DNA of 64,000 bases, taken from assembly GCA_043228905.1 (NCBI GenBank), contig JBHGNT010000010.1, positions 21,018,001 to 21,082,000 on the forward strand. Direction: 5' to 3'. The DNA is from Azolla caroliniana. Lineage: Eukaryota; Plantae; Polypodiophyta. The notes below the pieces were generated by a model that worked only from the letters and a program-made list of their open reading frames with translations, did no database searches and was not told the origin of the DNA. Positions 39,060 through 54,229 of this stretch are shown here, in pieces (position 1 is the first letter of the stretch; each line of letters opens with the position of its first letter). The position numbers were made by a program, and so were the translations under genes.

Positions 39060-42000
39060 TTACATCTCTTTTTGCTCTCTTTGGGGAGTCTACCAGAAGT
39101 ACCAAGCAAAATAAAAACAAAGCAGGGGGTATTTCAGAGTTTTCTTTCCCTCTATGAAAGAAATAGAAATATCCAGTGTCCTCACCGCTATCACATCCTG
39201 TGCCACACCATTGACAGAGTTTCTGATTGTTCTCGCAATGATCCTCGATGTCAGCTTCCCAACAAGCTCACCCGGTAACAGGAGGGCTTGCCACTGGGCT
39301 TGAACAGGCAGCTGTCAAAGGAAAAAGCTTCTTTTTGTTAGGCATAATCAAAGGCTTAAACCAAAGAGTATCCACGCTTATAGAAGGCCCTATCACAGTA
39401 AAAACTCTTAAGTTAACATTCAGCTTCTTTTCGTTGGGAGAAAGAAGCGGGTAAACAAAGAGAATACAATGAATGAGAAGGCAGCTGTCCAAACCAAACT
39501 TCTTGAGTTAACATTCATTTTCTTTTTGTTAAAACAAGGGTTAAACAAAGATTATAGAATGGTTAAGGAAAGGTTGTGTTTATCCCACTTCAATTAACTA
39601 AAAGAAAATATTGACGTGAATATTCAGCTTCATTTGTTTGATGACGAAGATCATGAACAGATAAGAAAGACTGATACAGTTCATAAAATGTACATCACTA
39701 TCAATTTACATATCTTAATCTGCAGCATTTTTAAAGGAAATTTCTACAGATAAAGATATGTAAGTTGGCAAATGTCATAGCCAGTGTGGGCAATGAAGTG
39801 GCCCTAGTTCTGAAAATGAGTAAACATATTTTCCAAAATAGAAATTTCAGGCACATTCACATTGTTTTTCATATGTACATCATCCAGTTACATAATTTAG
39901 TTATAGCATTTTGATAGAATAAAAGGAAAATAGATCACCTCAAATATCACAGCTAATGTTGGCAATGAATTGACCAAGTTCTGAATATCAGTAAAACTAT
40001 CTAAAGAACGAACAATTTCTGTCACATTCAAATCATTTTCAACCAATTGCTCCTGAAAGTTAAAACTGAGAGAGCTGTTAAGAAAATTAAGATGGTATGA
40101 TAAACATCATGGCACTATCATAACTTGACATCACCTGCACATTAGAAGACTCTCCTAATCCTTCAAACATGATTTTTCTCAGCCTTATTAAAGTGTTAAG
40201 GTTTTGCAAATCATTTTCTTCTAGAAGATTTGGTTGCCCAAGGGTCCCAAGTGCTGGAACACTAGAAACAACTGAATTGGCACTGGTCTCAATTGTAGCT
40301 CGGGCCAAAGCATCCAAGCCCTGTCACTTCAAATAGATGCACTCAGGAAGTTCACATGTGGAAACCATGAAAAAATAAGAAAAAGTTGGGAACAATACCT
40401 ACCTTCGCAACCTCCTCCAAAACAGTTTCTTTTACAAAACCTCCCTGGAAATTAAGAGTACCTCATGCATCAGTGCATGAATTGCTTTCAAAAGTGAAAC
40501 TATATGCCATGCCAAACCCCAATTTTCCATGTTAATAATGGATTAGTACAGAGAAATGTGATTAGAAAACAGAAGGTACTGCTCTAATGAGCTTCAACTG
40601 AAATTTTAAAATAATATGAGACATCATATACTAATGTTCTGATCTTTGTTAAGTCTGCCTCACCCCTAGTCGAGGTGCTCTGGTGGTACATTATCAGTGC
40701 AATTGTGCATAAAAAATATAACAATTTCAAATTTAGACCTAATATAAAAAACTTTCATTAACTTACCCAAGGATATACAAGGTAGTGTATTATAAAAGGC
40801 AAAGTCTCTCAAACTATTGTGTTTAAGGTATACATTGATGCTTAAATTTATTCCAGGCAGATTTGTATAGAGATAGGGAACTTACATCATCACTTAAAAT
40901 AAAAGCTAGAATCTTTTTGAGAATGGGGTTTCTGGTTGTGTTTGGTCTCTCCTCTTTGACAGCAAGGCTCTCGATTGTGGCAGACCTCAGAGCCTGTAGC
41001 ATTAAATTATGGAGCCACATTACCAGCAAGAAGATGAAAGAATTAATAAATTTCAGTGTCAGAGTTGAAGGAACAAACCTCTGTCACCAAGGATTCTAAC
41101 CGATCAATTTGAAAAGCACCATCCTAGAAAAACGTAGAGAAAATGGCATCAAAAGTATGAGAGATAGAAAAGCAAGGCATGGATTTCATTGGCTGTTAAA
41201 TCTGAGAGAAAGGAAACTAATTTCTAAAATCATATTTGAAATTTTAATAAAGAAAACAGAAAATCAAGACATGGTTCTCTCACTTTGAAAACAAATAAAA
41301 TTGATCTCAAGGGGCAACCTACCTTTACTCCACTATCAAAACTAGTTTTACAGCCCAAAAGGAATGGAAAGGGAAGAAAATTACCAGATAGACAAGGGGT
41401 ATGATTATATCAGAACTGTTATAATCCATTTCTCAATACCTTGTATAAAAGAGCCTTCAATGTAGACCGTAATTGAGGAGCATCATCTGTGAGCACTTTC
41501 CTAGCAATCCAAGGATAAGAACTGCCCAGAACTTTGTAATCAGGGTTGCTACTGAGAGCTATACCTTCCAAAACTGTCAAACTGTACAGGTTGAAATTGA
41601 AAGTTATGTGAAAATAGATCAGAATATTCAGCCAATTTTGACAAAAGATTATAGATGAATCCTCATAAATCTCAACTAATGAACTATTTTCCTCTCAATC
41701 CATACCTCCTCACGACAAGGGAGAAGTATGATGGTATTTGAAATTTGAACTGGTACCTGCATCAATAGACACTTCAGCTTCTGAATGGGGTTTGTATATA
41801 TAGTTCAGAAACTAGTTTATATTTGACTATATCACATGAATAATGCCACGACAACATAAGTGAAATTGCAAAACATTTATTACCCATGTCCAACAAAGAG
41901 CAACCCTTCATTCACTTCATAGGATCCAAAAAGAGATGAGATTATCTGGAATATATAATATTAATGGACCATCAGAGTCCCATTAACGAAGTGAATACAA

Positions 42001-45000
42001 TCTACATCATTCTCATTTAATCCTGTACGGCCAGAGTCCTCAGTAATATGGTATATCACATACCAGTCAAAAAATTGATACACATTGATAAAAGGGCAAC
42101 ATGAAAATCTGATCCTAAAATTAACCCCAAGAAGTTTGGTTGCTAGCGGAAGTTGAAACTTCACATTCTAGACTAAGAATGACTGTATACCATAGAGTTA
42201 CTGATAGCTCGCGTGCCATAGCAATCATCAAACAAGACTAAAAGAAAGATACCAATCCTCAAACAGTTAATTGTCGAGAGGCAATTGAATTGTACAAATA
42301 TTTGAAACACAGATCACCAAATTAAATTAGCATTCTCTACTAAAAAAAAAATTTGACCAGTGTTTGGTCCTACAGACCTGAATAATATTGCTCATAATGC
42401 ATAATTCATTTGGCTCAATAACATAATTTTGATTATAAACTAAATAGAGATGGATAATATAAAACATATACTTCCAATAATGTACAGGCAAAAATTCCAT
42501 ACATTGTTCTACCAAGATTTCCAGAGAGGTCACCAAAGCTTATGTTTCGAGCCCCTTTGCTGACAGCATTTTGGAATACCTCTACAAAATCAAAATATTT
42601 TGAAGTTCACATTAAGTTCTAGAGAGCTAATATCATAAAAACATGCCCAAAATGCTGGTTTGTCTTAGTCTTCAACATAATAGACAGCCTTCATAAAGAG
42701 TTATATCCATCAGAAATCTCAGTTTTTAGTGTATAACCTGTCAAAGCCTTTGAAACGTCACTCTTTTGGGCAGCTGCAGGAAGAAACCTGTAATATAAAA
42801 TAAATTTGGGTGTCCATTAAATGAAATAATCAAGCTTGTGCACCAAAATTAAGAGCCAAACCCAACTATCACAATCCATAGGTCAATTTCCCTACCCAAG
42901 AGCAACAAAATCTTCCGCCAGTGCATCAAAGTCGCGATTTACTAGATGTACACATGCCTCGATCAGTGAATCTCGAAGATTTTGCGGCATTTCACCCATC
43001 ATGCCAAAGTCTGATTAAAACATGGCCACGTGTTGATTGCTGCAATCCAATCACAGCATAAAATTGACATGCTCACTCTAAACTATACTACATTATTTTC
43101 TCGAGCTACTATTCTAGCTTGGGTAGTATTACCATGAAATCTTCATAAAAGTCTACATACTATATCTATCAACGTCAATGTATCTGGGCCTTTGTAAGAT
43201 GCAGAGTATGAATAATTAAAGATAACTACTTCACCTAAATATGCCAACTTTCCATCATATGTTCGCATGAGGTTGCCAGGATGTGGGTCTGCATGGTAAA
43301 ATCCATTATCCAAAAGTTGAGATAGAGAGCAGTATACTCCGACCTTTAGATAACAAAAATCAGTATCAATTCCACTTCGTATCTAACATCAGCATAGCAC
43401 ATTGGTACTTGCAATGGCAACAATGAAAACACATTAACAAAGTATTGAAAAACACGAAACACTATCAATTCCAATTGTGTTTAACATCAGTATTAACCAC
43501 TGATACTAGCAAGACAACCAGGAAAACGCATTAAAATAAGGTATTGCACGCATTTACAACTAGAGTTAGAAAGCAATATTTGCACACCTCAATTAAATGA
43601 AGATCGTTTACATCTGATAACCTTTGCCCCTGCAGAATGTCTCAGAGACAATCACCACATTGTGCGAGTATCCAAAGACACCACAAAATATATAGACATG
43701 AATTTGATTGTACCTCTACCCATTCCATCACTAACACTCTTTGACTTGATAGCTGTGGAAACATTTCAGGTACTATAACATCTGGTAAGGTTCCAAATGC
43801 ATCCCTATGATCATTGTTTATTACTTAGAGCTGCAATAAAGTTGTTTAAGAATGACAACGATATTGTTTTGAAAAACCTGCTAAATTGTTCTTACCGAAA
43901 ACGTAAACCATTTTGAGCTTCAGCTTCATAATCCATTTCCTGCATGTTAGAATGCAGAAAAGCACATTAATAAGCTGCAACTTCTCTGATTCTTTTTTAG
44001 ATGAAGAATCTGTTTTAATGTATGAAAAAACAGACCAAATTGCCTACAGTGTAGCGATGTATAAGAAATATTACAAAGTTCATAAAAGATATGCTAAGTT
44101 GTATGTACAAGAAGCCACTATGGAATCTGAAGAGCTATAATTCATTCTGCAACATCTGCTAAGCAGCACAAGAGGAACAAGCAGATGCTTCCTATAAGTT
44201 ACAGAGAGTATAGATCAACTCCGTCGAAATAAGAGTCAAGATGGTTGCATGGAGAAACTTTCACCACCAAGAATTTTGACGCAGCAGGATTTCCAAATGC
44301 ACCAAAAAAGAATAGAAAACAATTGTAGCAAATACATCATATCTATTTGTGCATGCGTCCCCCATAGAATACATGTTTAAAGAACCTCAAAAATAATGGA
44401 CAAGATAAGCAAGATAATATGGCTGAAATTGTTCTCCTCAAAATGAATATGAGTTATGACCTGCCATACCAGATGAGCATGTCTGCAAGTCCAAAAGCAG
44501 TGTTTAAAGATTCTGACAGCCTGGAGTCACAGCATGCAGTCTGACGTAAAAAGGTTAATATGAAACATGCCTAGGAACCTGATTTGAAACATATCGTTCA
44601 GTGTGAACTTGGCCAACCCTAAATGTTGACTAATGAGAGAGAACCTCTTACATATAAAGAGGCAAAGGCATGTGAGCACAGCAATAAGTGGGAGCTTGCT
44701 ATGCAGGAAGAGATTAAGGCTTTACATTCAAATAATACTTGGGACTTGGTTAAACTGCCCAAAGGAAGGAAAGCTATTCCTAACAAATGGGTATATAAAT
44801 CAAGACTGTTGATGACAAACCCAAGTATAAAGCAAGGCTGGTTGCAAAAGGATATGCTCAAACTAAGGGCATAGATTTCCAAGAAGTGTTTTCTCTTGTG
44901 GTAAAAATGACCACTTTGCAAGTGCTATTTGCTATAGTGGCAGCCCAATCATTCTTCTATTATATGTCGATGATATGCTCATTGCTGCCAAGAAAAGGAG

Positions 45001-48000
45001 CACTGTTGATGTCCTTAAAAATCAGCTGAAATCTGCATTTTCAATGAAAGGCCTTGGGGGAGCTGAACATGTACTTGGAGTAAGAATTAGGAGACAACAG
45101 GAGCTCCACACATTGTATTTATCTCAGGAAAAATACATTGATAAGGTGCTGGACAGATTTTGTATGGCTGATGCAAAGCCACTTGGAGTGCCATTACAGC
45201 CATATGATAAAATCTCTAAGGAAGATTGTCCTAAGATACAAGAAGCAATCAATGACATGCAAGGTGTACCTTATGCTTCAGCTTGTGGTTCACTTATGTA
45301 TGCTATGGTTGCTACTAGACCTTATATTGCCTATGCAGTGGGAGTTGTAAGCCAATTCATGGCTAATCCAGGCAAGGCACATTGGAATGTAGTAAAGTCC
45401 ATTATGAGGTACTTAAAAGGGACTAAAAATAAATGCCTCTGTTATGGAAAAGACCCATTAGAGCTGAAGGGTTTCTGTGACTCTGACATGGCAGGTGATG
45501 TGGATACACAGAAATCCACGAGTGGCTATGTATTCACACTTGCAGGTGGTGCTGTATCATGGTGCGGTAGGCTGCAAAAGGTTGTTGCTCTGTCCACTAC
45601 CAAGGATGAATATATTTTAGTCATTGAGGCTTCCAAGGAAGCGATATGGTTAGCACGTTTTTGCAGTGAGTTTGGTTTGCCTGAAAAGGCACCTATGCTT
45701 GGTTGTGATAGCCAAAGTGCCATCTGTTTGGCAAAGAATGCTATGTTTCATGCACGCACAAAACATATTGATATGCGATATCACTTCATTCGAGAAGTGC
45801 TTGAGGATGGCCTTATCACATTGATAAAGGTCCACACATCACAGAACCCTGCAGATGTACTCACCAAGTGCTTACCCATAGCACAACATCATATATGCAT
45901 ACAGATGGCGGGAGTTACGTAGCGTAAAGGCGTCATCTATGCCCTTAATTGGGAGGTTGTTGGGGTAGAGGCCCTAAATGACCCCTTAAAGTGTGTAAAT
46001 GTGTATAGGCCTACTTATAAAGGCCAAAAGTCACTAATCACTTTTTTGTTATTTTTGGGCAAGTTCAGTGTGAACTTGGCCAACCCTAAATGGGTCATAT
46101 AAAACATAAGTTAAAAACGTTTGGATCTCACTTTGAAAGGTGAACTCCTCCAACTGCCTCTCTCTCTCTCTATCTGTCTATCTTTTCAACAATTACTCTA
46201 GTGCTACACCTAAAGCCCTGAGTGTTCCTCAGCCTTATTGACAATTTCTTACCCTTTCAAAGGTTACAATTTGGAGCCTGCTTAAAATAGATATATATGT
46301 GGAGTTGGGTATCATTATCAGTTGGGTATCATTATCATCATGAGGGTAATACACACACCACATATGATATACTTTTATACATGTCTCCCTACCTCCAAGT
46401 TGGCTAGTTACCTCCCCATGCCCATGTAATTGCCACTCCCACAGTTCTAATCTAATCTGGATCATAAATCCTATCTTAATGTACAGACCACAGACCTAAT
46501 ATGTTACAGAAACAAATCCTATCTCTAAGCAATTCATGAGAGGATTTGGGAGACAGAAAACAGCTGGATCAAAAATGTCATTCCTGTTATTGTGACAAGG
46601 AACTTACACAAGAAAATTGAAATACACGCAGAAAGGACACGGAATGAAGAAATGAACACCCTATGTCATTATGCCTCCAACAGCTCATGAAGGGAGGAGG
46701 GTCATGAGAGCTCGATATTTAACAAACCTATGCCTCTCACCCTGAGAAGACGGCCAATGAGCTCTACAAAAATTAAGAACAAGAGAGGAGAAATATAGAA
46801 ACCAAAAATCAGATCATTCTAAGGATGAAAAAATCAATGTGTTCTAACCTCTAGTGTTAAATGAACACGTGGTCATGTGCAAAGAGTGAAGCGAAAATTC
46901 CACAGCCAAGAAGTGCACATGGTGTTCTCACAAAAATCTTAATCTACCTTGCCATGCAGCTTCTTAAAGTTGAGGATTGTAAGATGATTTGTAAAGAATT
47001 CAGACAGAGTTGAGATACCGAGACACTGCAATGCCCACACAACGACTATAGTTGGATTGTAACTGGCTGTGCACCCATCAAACAGCAATTTTCGTTTTAT
47101 GATTGTTGAGGATATACACTGTTATCTATTCAAGTTCTCCCATATGCCAACTACGGCTTTTACAAAAACATCCACATAATTTCCTCTTTTCACAATTTTG
47201 ACGCAAGGTACAGCAGATCATTGCAGGTTCATTGACCAATCAAAGGGATCATAGATAGTCTCCAAGAGCAAAATGAATTGATAATAAAAGGAGGATTAAT
47301 AAGCTTTCTATTATGCTTTTATCGTAAGATTATTGTGCTTTCCATTCTGTATTTATGATAAGGTTAGTGATCTTTCAATTATGCATTCATGATAAACAAT
47401 TATTACTCTAAAAATCAAAATAGTAACTTGCATGCAACATCAGAAATAGTTGATCATGGCATTACCCGGAAAAGGCTGGTTGCCCATTCATCAACAATTG
47501 CCTGCATAAAAATATTATGTCAAACCTATACCACATTCAATATTCAAAGAAATCTTACACATTGTAGAACTCTCAAACTAAACATTACCAAAGGAAAAAG
47601 AAACTGCAATACAACATAGGTGATGAAGATAATGCACTTCAAAACATAAAAACTGCCCAAGTTCACAAGTTCTATGTGAACCATGATCACAAACCAAGGG
47701 AATTCCATGTACTTCAATACGTTTTTCTGGGTGTTCGTAAGGACTCTCAAACATTAAAAATGGGCCCGTGTGCTAAATTAAGCACAAGATATTGTGGTCC
47801 TTACACCATTACTAAACAAATCGGCCTCAACTCCTAATCGTCTTGATTTACATCCTTCCATTGTCATGGTTCATCCAGTCTTTCACATGAATCGCTTAAA
47901 AGAGGCTCTAGGGTATTATGATAATATCATTTCACCATTGGCAGATACCATTACCTTCCTCGTGAACCAAGGAAGATACTTGATCGTAGGACAAAATGCT

Positions 48001-51000
48001 AAGATCAGAGGATATCAAACAAGAAAATCAAATGGAAGAATAAATTGGAGGAAGATAGCACGTGGGAAGCTACAGACACATTGCAACAAATCTTTACTTC
48101 TTTTAAATTGCAAGAGTGCATTTATTAGAAGAGGGGTAATGTTCAAACATACTCAGGTACATAATTGGGTCAAACGTACCCAGGTTCATAATAGGGGAAA
48201 TCATGCTGTAATCTCAGAGTTGTCAGCATAAATCCATTAAATGGATTTAGTGAACTTAAGCTAATACATGTCTTTGGGTACCCTCTGCATGAAAGTTCCG
48301 GCAAATGCTATTATTGTTGGCCAATCTTTATAAGAGGGAGAGTTCCTTCTTGACAAGGGGGTCTTTGGACATTCGATCGATCTAGGTAGTTTTGGATGTG
48401 CCTCTTCGAAGTCATAGTCATCTACCAAGGTCCTCGTATGAAGCTCTTGGGTAGCATGAAATGGTTAGCGGTTAGGGAATTCACATCTACACTGTCAACT
48501 AGCAATGAGCACGGTTTCAGCTCAAACCGAACCGAACTGTTAAGCCATGGTTTAACGGTTTATTGGTTCCAAAACATTTTAATGGTTTGGTTTGGTTTGG
48601 ATTTTCGATAAACGGTTCAGTTCGGTTCTAAAACTCGGGTTTATAGGTTTATAGGTTTGGCTTAAAGGTTTATAGGTTTTTGGTTAACTTTTTTTTACGT
48701 TAATAGTTTATTAATTTAATGGTTTAATTAATGGTTTTTTATTAATTTAATTAATTTAACTTAAATGTTTATTTAATTTAATGGTTCAATTAAAGTTTCT
48801 TTTATTGATTTAATAAAATTAACTTAAATGCTTATTTAATTAAACGTATTTTTGTTTATTTAGATGTTTAATTAGTTTGATTTAAATGGTTAGGTTTAAA
48901 TTTTTTATTAAATGGTTTGGTTTGGTTTCAACTTTTCCCTAAACGGTTTGGTTTAAAAAATTTATTAAATGGTTCGGTTTGGTTTCAACTTTTCCCTAAA
49001 TGGTTTGGATTGGTTTTTGTTTTATAAAAACGGTTTGGTTCAGTTTCTTTGCCTTGAAACCAAACCAAACCGTGCCCATCGCTACTATCAACTCTGGTGT
49101 GGGGGCAGATGGGTGGTAACGAATATTACTGGCATGTATTTTTTGGATTAATTATGTTTAATTAAGAGATTAAGGTCTTGGGTATTACATTGGGGCTTGC
49201 AAATTTACACACGAATGCACGCACATATCCTGCATGGCTGTTCGAAGTATGCAATTCAGGAAGCATGGAAAAAAAAATTGAAATATATGCAGGAACTTCG
49301 GAATTTAATATTGGGACCTTAAAACCTATAACTTGATCAAAATGGGAATAAATTATAAGTTATGAAGCCCTTCCATAATTTTGTTGGCATTTAAATATGT
49401 GCTCTTTCGGATGATGCAATGACAAGCATCTCCTAAGCTTTGTACTCGTGTGACACTAGGGTTGAGAAGGTTGGAGACAGATTGAACGATGGTGTGAATG
49501 CCATCTCTAAACTTCATCCCCAAGCTTCATTGTTCTAAGGAATGGAAATCAAAAGGTTACTGGGGCTGTCTGGACAATGCAACAAAAATCATCGCCAAAG
49601 CTCCTGGAGTCGATATACTAATGAAAATGAGAAAGCTAGATGCGGTCTGGATGATGAGACAATTACCATCTCCAAATCTTTGTGTCCCAGATTCGCATAA
49701 AATTTCCTAGTATGCTTGTAGGAACAAAAACTGGATAACATAAAAATATTGTCAGAAATAACCCACACATATTGAGACAGAAAACTACAAGAGCGGTCCT
49801 TTCCTAACATTAGCCATAATGGTTCAAGTGCTGAACATTAATAACCCTCAGAAAATTTATGAGAACAGGTTGCACACAAACCTCCAGGTCTGTGTTAAAT
49901 TTTCCAGCCCTCCTTACAAAGCCAGCAAGCAGACGTAAAATGAATATATCCAAGGAAATTGCAGCCCTAACACCAGGTCTTTGTACTTTCACAGCAACGG
50001 TTTGTCCATTAGCTCGAAGGCGTGCTTGATAGACCTTCAATAAGAAAAACATGTATTGAATCATGAATACAAATTTTAGAAATATTGATGATGACTTTAG
50101 CAAAACTATGTTTTCTCAATATATGAAGCACCTGGCCAATAGAAGCTGCAGCAACAGGTTGTGGGCTTATTTCTGAGAAGATGAGGTCTACCGGTAGCCC
50201 CAACTCTTGCTCAATCATCTGTAATGCTGCATCAGTTGCAAATGGTGCAATGCGATCTTGAAGTAGTGATAATTCCTCAAGATAAGCGGGTGATATCACG
50301 TCCTATGTAAAAGAGGTAGAGTTGGGTGAATAAAACATTGCTCCCCAAGCTTTCGCGCCTCAGTATCAGTAGAGACCCAGAAAGCTAAATTCATTAGGGA
50401 TGTGAAAAACTGAGCAAAGAAAATCCAATTGTTGTAAGAACTTACAGGCCTTGACGAGACTGCTTGCGCTATCTTTACAAATGCCTGCACTCGAACAAAT
50501 GCCAAAATATAAGAAATCTAAGTCTCAATGTGCATAGTTTTTCAAGCACATGTGGCTTTCTTTTAGCAAATTGATATTGAATGGAAACAACAAACACAAT
50601 CAGATTTTCTTTGTTTACAGAATCTAGATGAGAACATACTGGGCCTAACTGTATCAATGCTGCCCTTAATTCGCCAGCCCGCTTCTGAAATTTAAAGAAA
50701 ACAAGAGTGAGATTCTGTCTATTTCTTATCCATTAATATTTGAGGTGTTCCATAGACAACCAAGACACAACAAGCCAAAGATGGTCTCTACCTTTGCCGG
50801 ATTGTACAATGCACCTCTAGAAATACATTATCTCTCACTATACTTAGTTCTGATCTGATTTATAACCAACAATGAAGCTTTATTACCCCTTCAATCTAAG
50901 GATCTGGCCACACACCAGAGGTTTAATTTCTTATTATGAACCTTTAAAAGCTGGACACTGCAAGTACCAATCTGGAAGTCTGGCTTCTCAATCTTCTATA

Positions 51001-52565
51001 CACAGTAATAAAGTGTACTGGGAATCTATCCAGCATCTTCGAGTTAGAACATTTGTACCTCTTCTTTAAGGCCTATAGACAATCTTCATGATTTCTTCCT
51101 TTGACATGGGCAGTTGCTTCAAAATTGGACAATCACAATACAATATGCAAGTCTAATGCCTTCACCTCCACCGACCTTTATTGCAATCTTCTCCTCAAAA
51201 AGAAAGATCAGTTACTTCTCCTTTGGAAATTACAAACTACTCACAACAATATTTTCATTTCAATTTGCAGTCTGCAATATACTCTCAATCCCAATAAGTT
51301 CGGCATTTCCCCGTGGTCAATGACATATATTTGACCTGCTCTATGTACTTCACATGTGCTTATATTGACTACTGAAATTTCATCGAATTGTTAACTAGAC
51401 TAATTCTGAAGTAAGCACCCAAAATTCTTTATGTGCACGTTTGGCCCCACTGTCCTACACAGTTCAGGTGCTTATGCCAACTGTTCTGAAATCCATCTAA
51501 ATTGTTAACTATCCTAATTCTGAAGTAGGTCCAAGAGTTACCAGATTGTAGCTTTAAGTGTTCCCGCCTCTTTCCTAACTTTACTACATAGTGTAGTCCC
51601 CTTTTTCATCAATATTACACTAAACCATTTCTGCCAAATTTTTGTTACTTGTAATTTTATAAGTTTTTTCATACTTTTTATGCTGGATAATCATACATCC
51701 GTCTTACATAGGTCAATCTCACTTTTGTCTTTTTCTTCCTAGCAAATTTATGATGTACATTGAAACTGATTTTTCTTTGTTCTTAATTCATACCTGGAAA
51801 GTCCACGCTACTCACAAAAAAAAATGTTACTACAATCTGAGATATACAAAAAAATGTTACCTACATCAGCGGATACTTAGTGTCATTCCCCGATTTCAAG
51901 CATGATATTCCCGGCATATCATCAGACATTTACACTTTAATCACAGCCTAGGTTACATAAGTAAGTATCTTGTTTAGGTATAATTTCATGTCGCTTTATT
52001 TTACTAATTCTACACGATGCACATGGGTGTAACTTTCGGTCACATTGGTCAATTTGTCCTTTTGAAGTCAATTGGTATTGCCTCTCAATTCCTCCTCTAT
52101 ACATATGTGTCTATAAGTGTGCGTATGTGTGTCTCCTATGCGTACCTTAAACATGGATTCTGAGCGTCCTGAAAGCGTATCGAGATACCTAAAAAGCGCC
52201 CAAACACCAAGAGTGGAAGCAATGTGAAGGAGGCGACGGCCAAGAAGGAAGGGACGTTTGGAGAAGATCGAAGCAATCCGAGAAGCATTGTACTCCGTAA
52301 GAAACTCGGCTTCAGTGGCTGAAGCATCGGCAATATAACCTGAATACTTCGAGAAAGTATCGATATTCTCATTAAACCTTGGCTCTCGTTGTTGAGATAG
52401 GGCTGCAAAGCAGACCGTGCGAGGAAAAGAGGTGGAAATATGAAGCTTTAAGCTTGCTTTTCCTCTTCTTCTTTTGTTTTTTGGCGTTTCTCTACCTGTT
52501 TCACGCCATCGCCATCGCCATCGCTCTGGGGATCCAAGATGGCTCGCATAGCATCTGGTTGCCAT
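39060..52565 (-). CDS. ABC1K5: ABC1/UbiB atypical kinase, plastid type, ABC1K5 (At1g71810)-like; multi-exon
   Basis: Exon 1 52565-52146 has a transit-peptide-like start and [27 protein letters not shown]. Later exons give [14 protein letters not shown]|[13 protein letters not shown]|[25 protein letters not shown]|[53 protein letters not shown] and [16 protein letters not shown]. Orthology is from recalled similarity; the final exon and stop are tentative. Confidence 0.88.
44596..46336 (+). mobile_element. Ty1/Copia LTR retrotransposon fragment (RT-RNase H, PPT, 3' LTR start) in an ABC1K intron
   Basis: [72 protein letters not shown] and NPADVLTK, with frameshifts. Stop at 45922, purine tract, then TGTTG at 45958. 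The LTR end is approximate. Confidence 0.93.
47740..49189 (+). mobile_element. Ty3/Gypsy (chromovirus-like) 3' remnant with putative 3' LTR (about 48140-49189)
   Basis: [25 protein letters not shown] and chromodomain-like KW....EDSTWE remnants. PPT agaagagggg precedes TGT at 48140, and the segment ends gggtattaca at 49189. Confidence 0.7.
48500..49084. mobile_element. Non-autonomous hAT element (MITE), 585 bp, nested in the Gypsy LTR
   Basis: TIRs TAGCAATGAGCACGGTTT / AAACCGTGCCCATCGCTA. 8-bp TSD ctgtcaac (48492-48499) / ctatcaac (49085-49092). aaccg/ggttt subterminal repeats and an AT-rich core. Confidence 0.9.
50750..51350 (-). mobile_element. Possible decayed LINE (zf-RVT-like) fragment in ABC1K intron 1
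   Basis: KMLDRFPV and C....ETI-like remnants on the minus strand. Confidence 0.35.
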
Positions 52566-53463
52566 CGCACGTCTAGTTCCAGAATCTCAGTATTCTGTCT
52601 GTCTGTCTCTCTCTCTCTCTCTCGACTGTGAAGAGAACAAATCTATACAGTTTCAATTATTTCCAAATGTGACCTCCTGCTTTTAAGAAATACCAAATTA
52701 TCCTCGCCCCCAAATTCCAATCATTAATCTCAAAATGAAGACCGGTTGCAATCTATGAGAGAGAAAAGATAAAATAGAATCATTTTTATCATCCACAAGA
52801 AGGTTAATTTTGACATTATGGGACCAAATCAACATGGCATGATGTATGTGATCCTTTCTTAAGAAGGGGTTTTACTTCTTTTTACTAAAAAGTTTCTATG
52901 TGAAAATAATGCATGCAAATGTATGCCCACCCTTATTAGTCGAGATTCGAGAATGACACTTAAACATTCTCGTGTTCTTCTAACAAGTCGTCATACTTCT
53001 TAAAAATTACCTTATATGTTCTGTATGCATGAAGTAAGTAGGTGTCTTGCTTGTATTGTTGCCATTTTAGCTTTGCCGATTTACAACTAGCTTGTTGATT
53101 TAACAAAATGTTTTCAATACATAAAGTAAGCATTGCATATCATCCACAATATATAAGAATAACACAATGACATCGACATATAGGAGTATAAAATAAAGTT
53201 ATTACATAAATTTTGGGCCATCTAACCCTTCTTAGTTTGTATCCTTGTTTACTATTTCCTCTAGTTTATTATTGTATAGATTAAAGGGAGTGGAAGAGAG
53301 CAAACACTCTTACTTGGCCACCATGTAGCTCAAGAAGTACTTTGAGAAACCCCCATCGTTCTTAAAGTCCATAAAACAACAATAAAGTGTTTTTCCTTGA
53401 AGCTGATTTTCTTCCATAATTACTCTTAAGGTAACAAAATAATCAACAATTGAATGTTTTGGT

Positions 53464-53502
<39 letters not shown>

Positions 53503-54229
53503 AATGGAATACAATGGATATTTTATCGTCCGTGATGAGGCCAAAATTGACCCACGGAACCAAATCAGCATATCATCTTGTATGGGACTTCTTCCTAGGA
53601 CCAGGGATTACTACTTTGTAGCAAAAACTCTCAATGTGAAAATAATGCACAGATATATGTGCTCACTCTTCTTAATGGAAAGTTGAGTATGAAACTCGCA
53701 TTATCATGTCTGTTTACCAAGTCCTCATTTCTCGCAAATTACCAAGCATGCAATAAGTAAGTGGTATTCATCCTCTGGTAGGTTTGGATTCCATGTCTTC
53801 ATGTTGGCATCACAATGCCATGATGCTACCTCAATGCCTACCTTTTGTGAATGAGTTCATAAAAGTGTTAAGGCTCTTCGAAGGCAAAGGCTCATTAGGG
53901 TAGTGAGATGCGATTGCATATGTTGTGGCATTGTTTCTTGAGAGAAGGACGGAGAGTTTACCAAAGAGAGCGAAAGATTTTATTATCGTCTTCGAAGGTC
54001 AAACATTACCTATGAGACTAAAATATTACACATGAAAGTGAGTAGCAACTCAAACTCCCGAACTTCTTTCGACCACTTTGATCACTTGTTCCCCAACACC
54101 CTGTCTCATTAGCTCACAATGTAATGGAAGCTAATGGAAGCAATGGTTCGAATGGCAAAAACAAGATGGGCTTTAACATGTATCGATGCAAATGGATGGA
54201 TGGAGAGAGAGAGAGAGTTTTTGCCCAAG

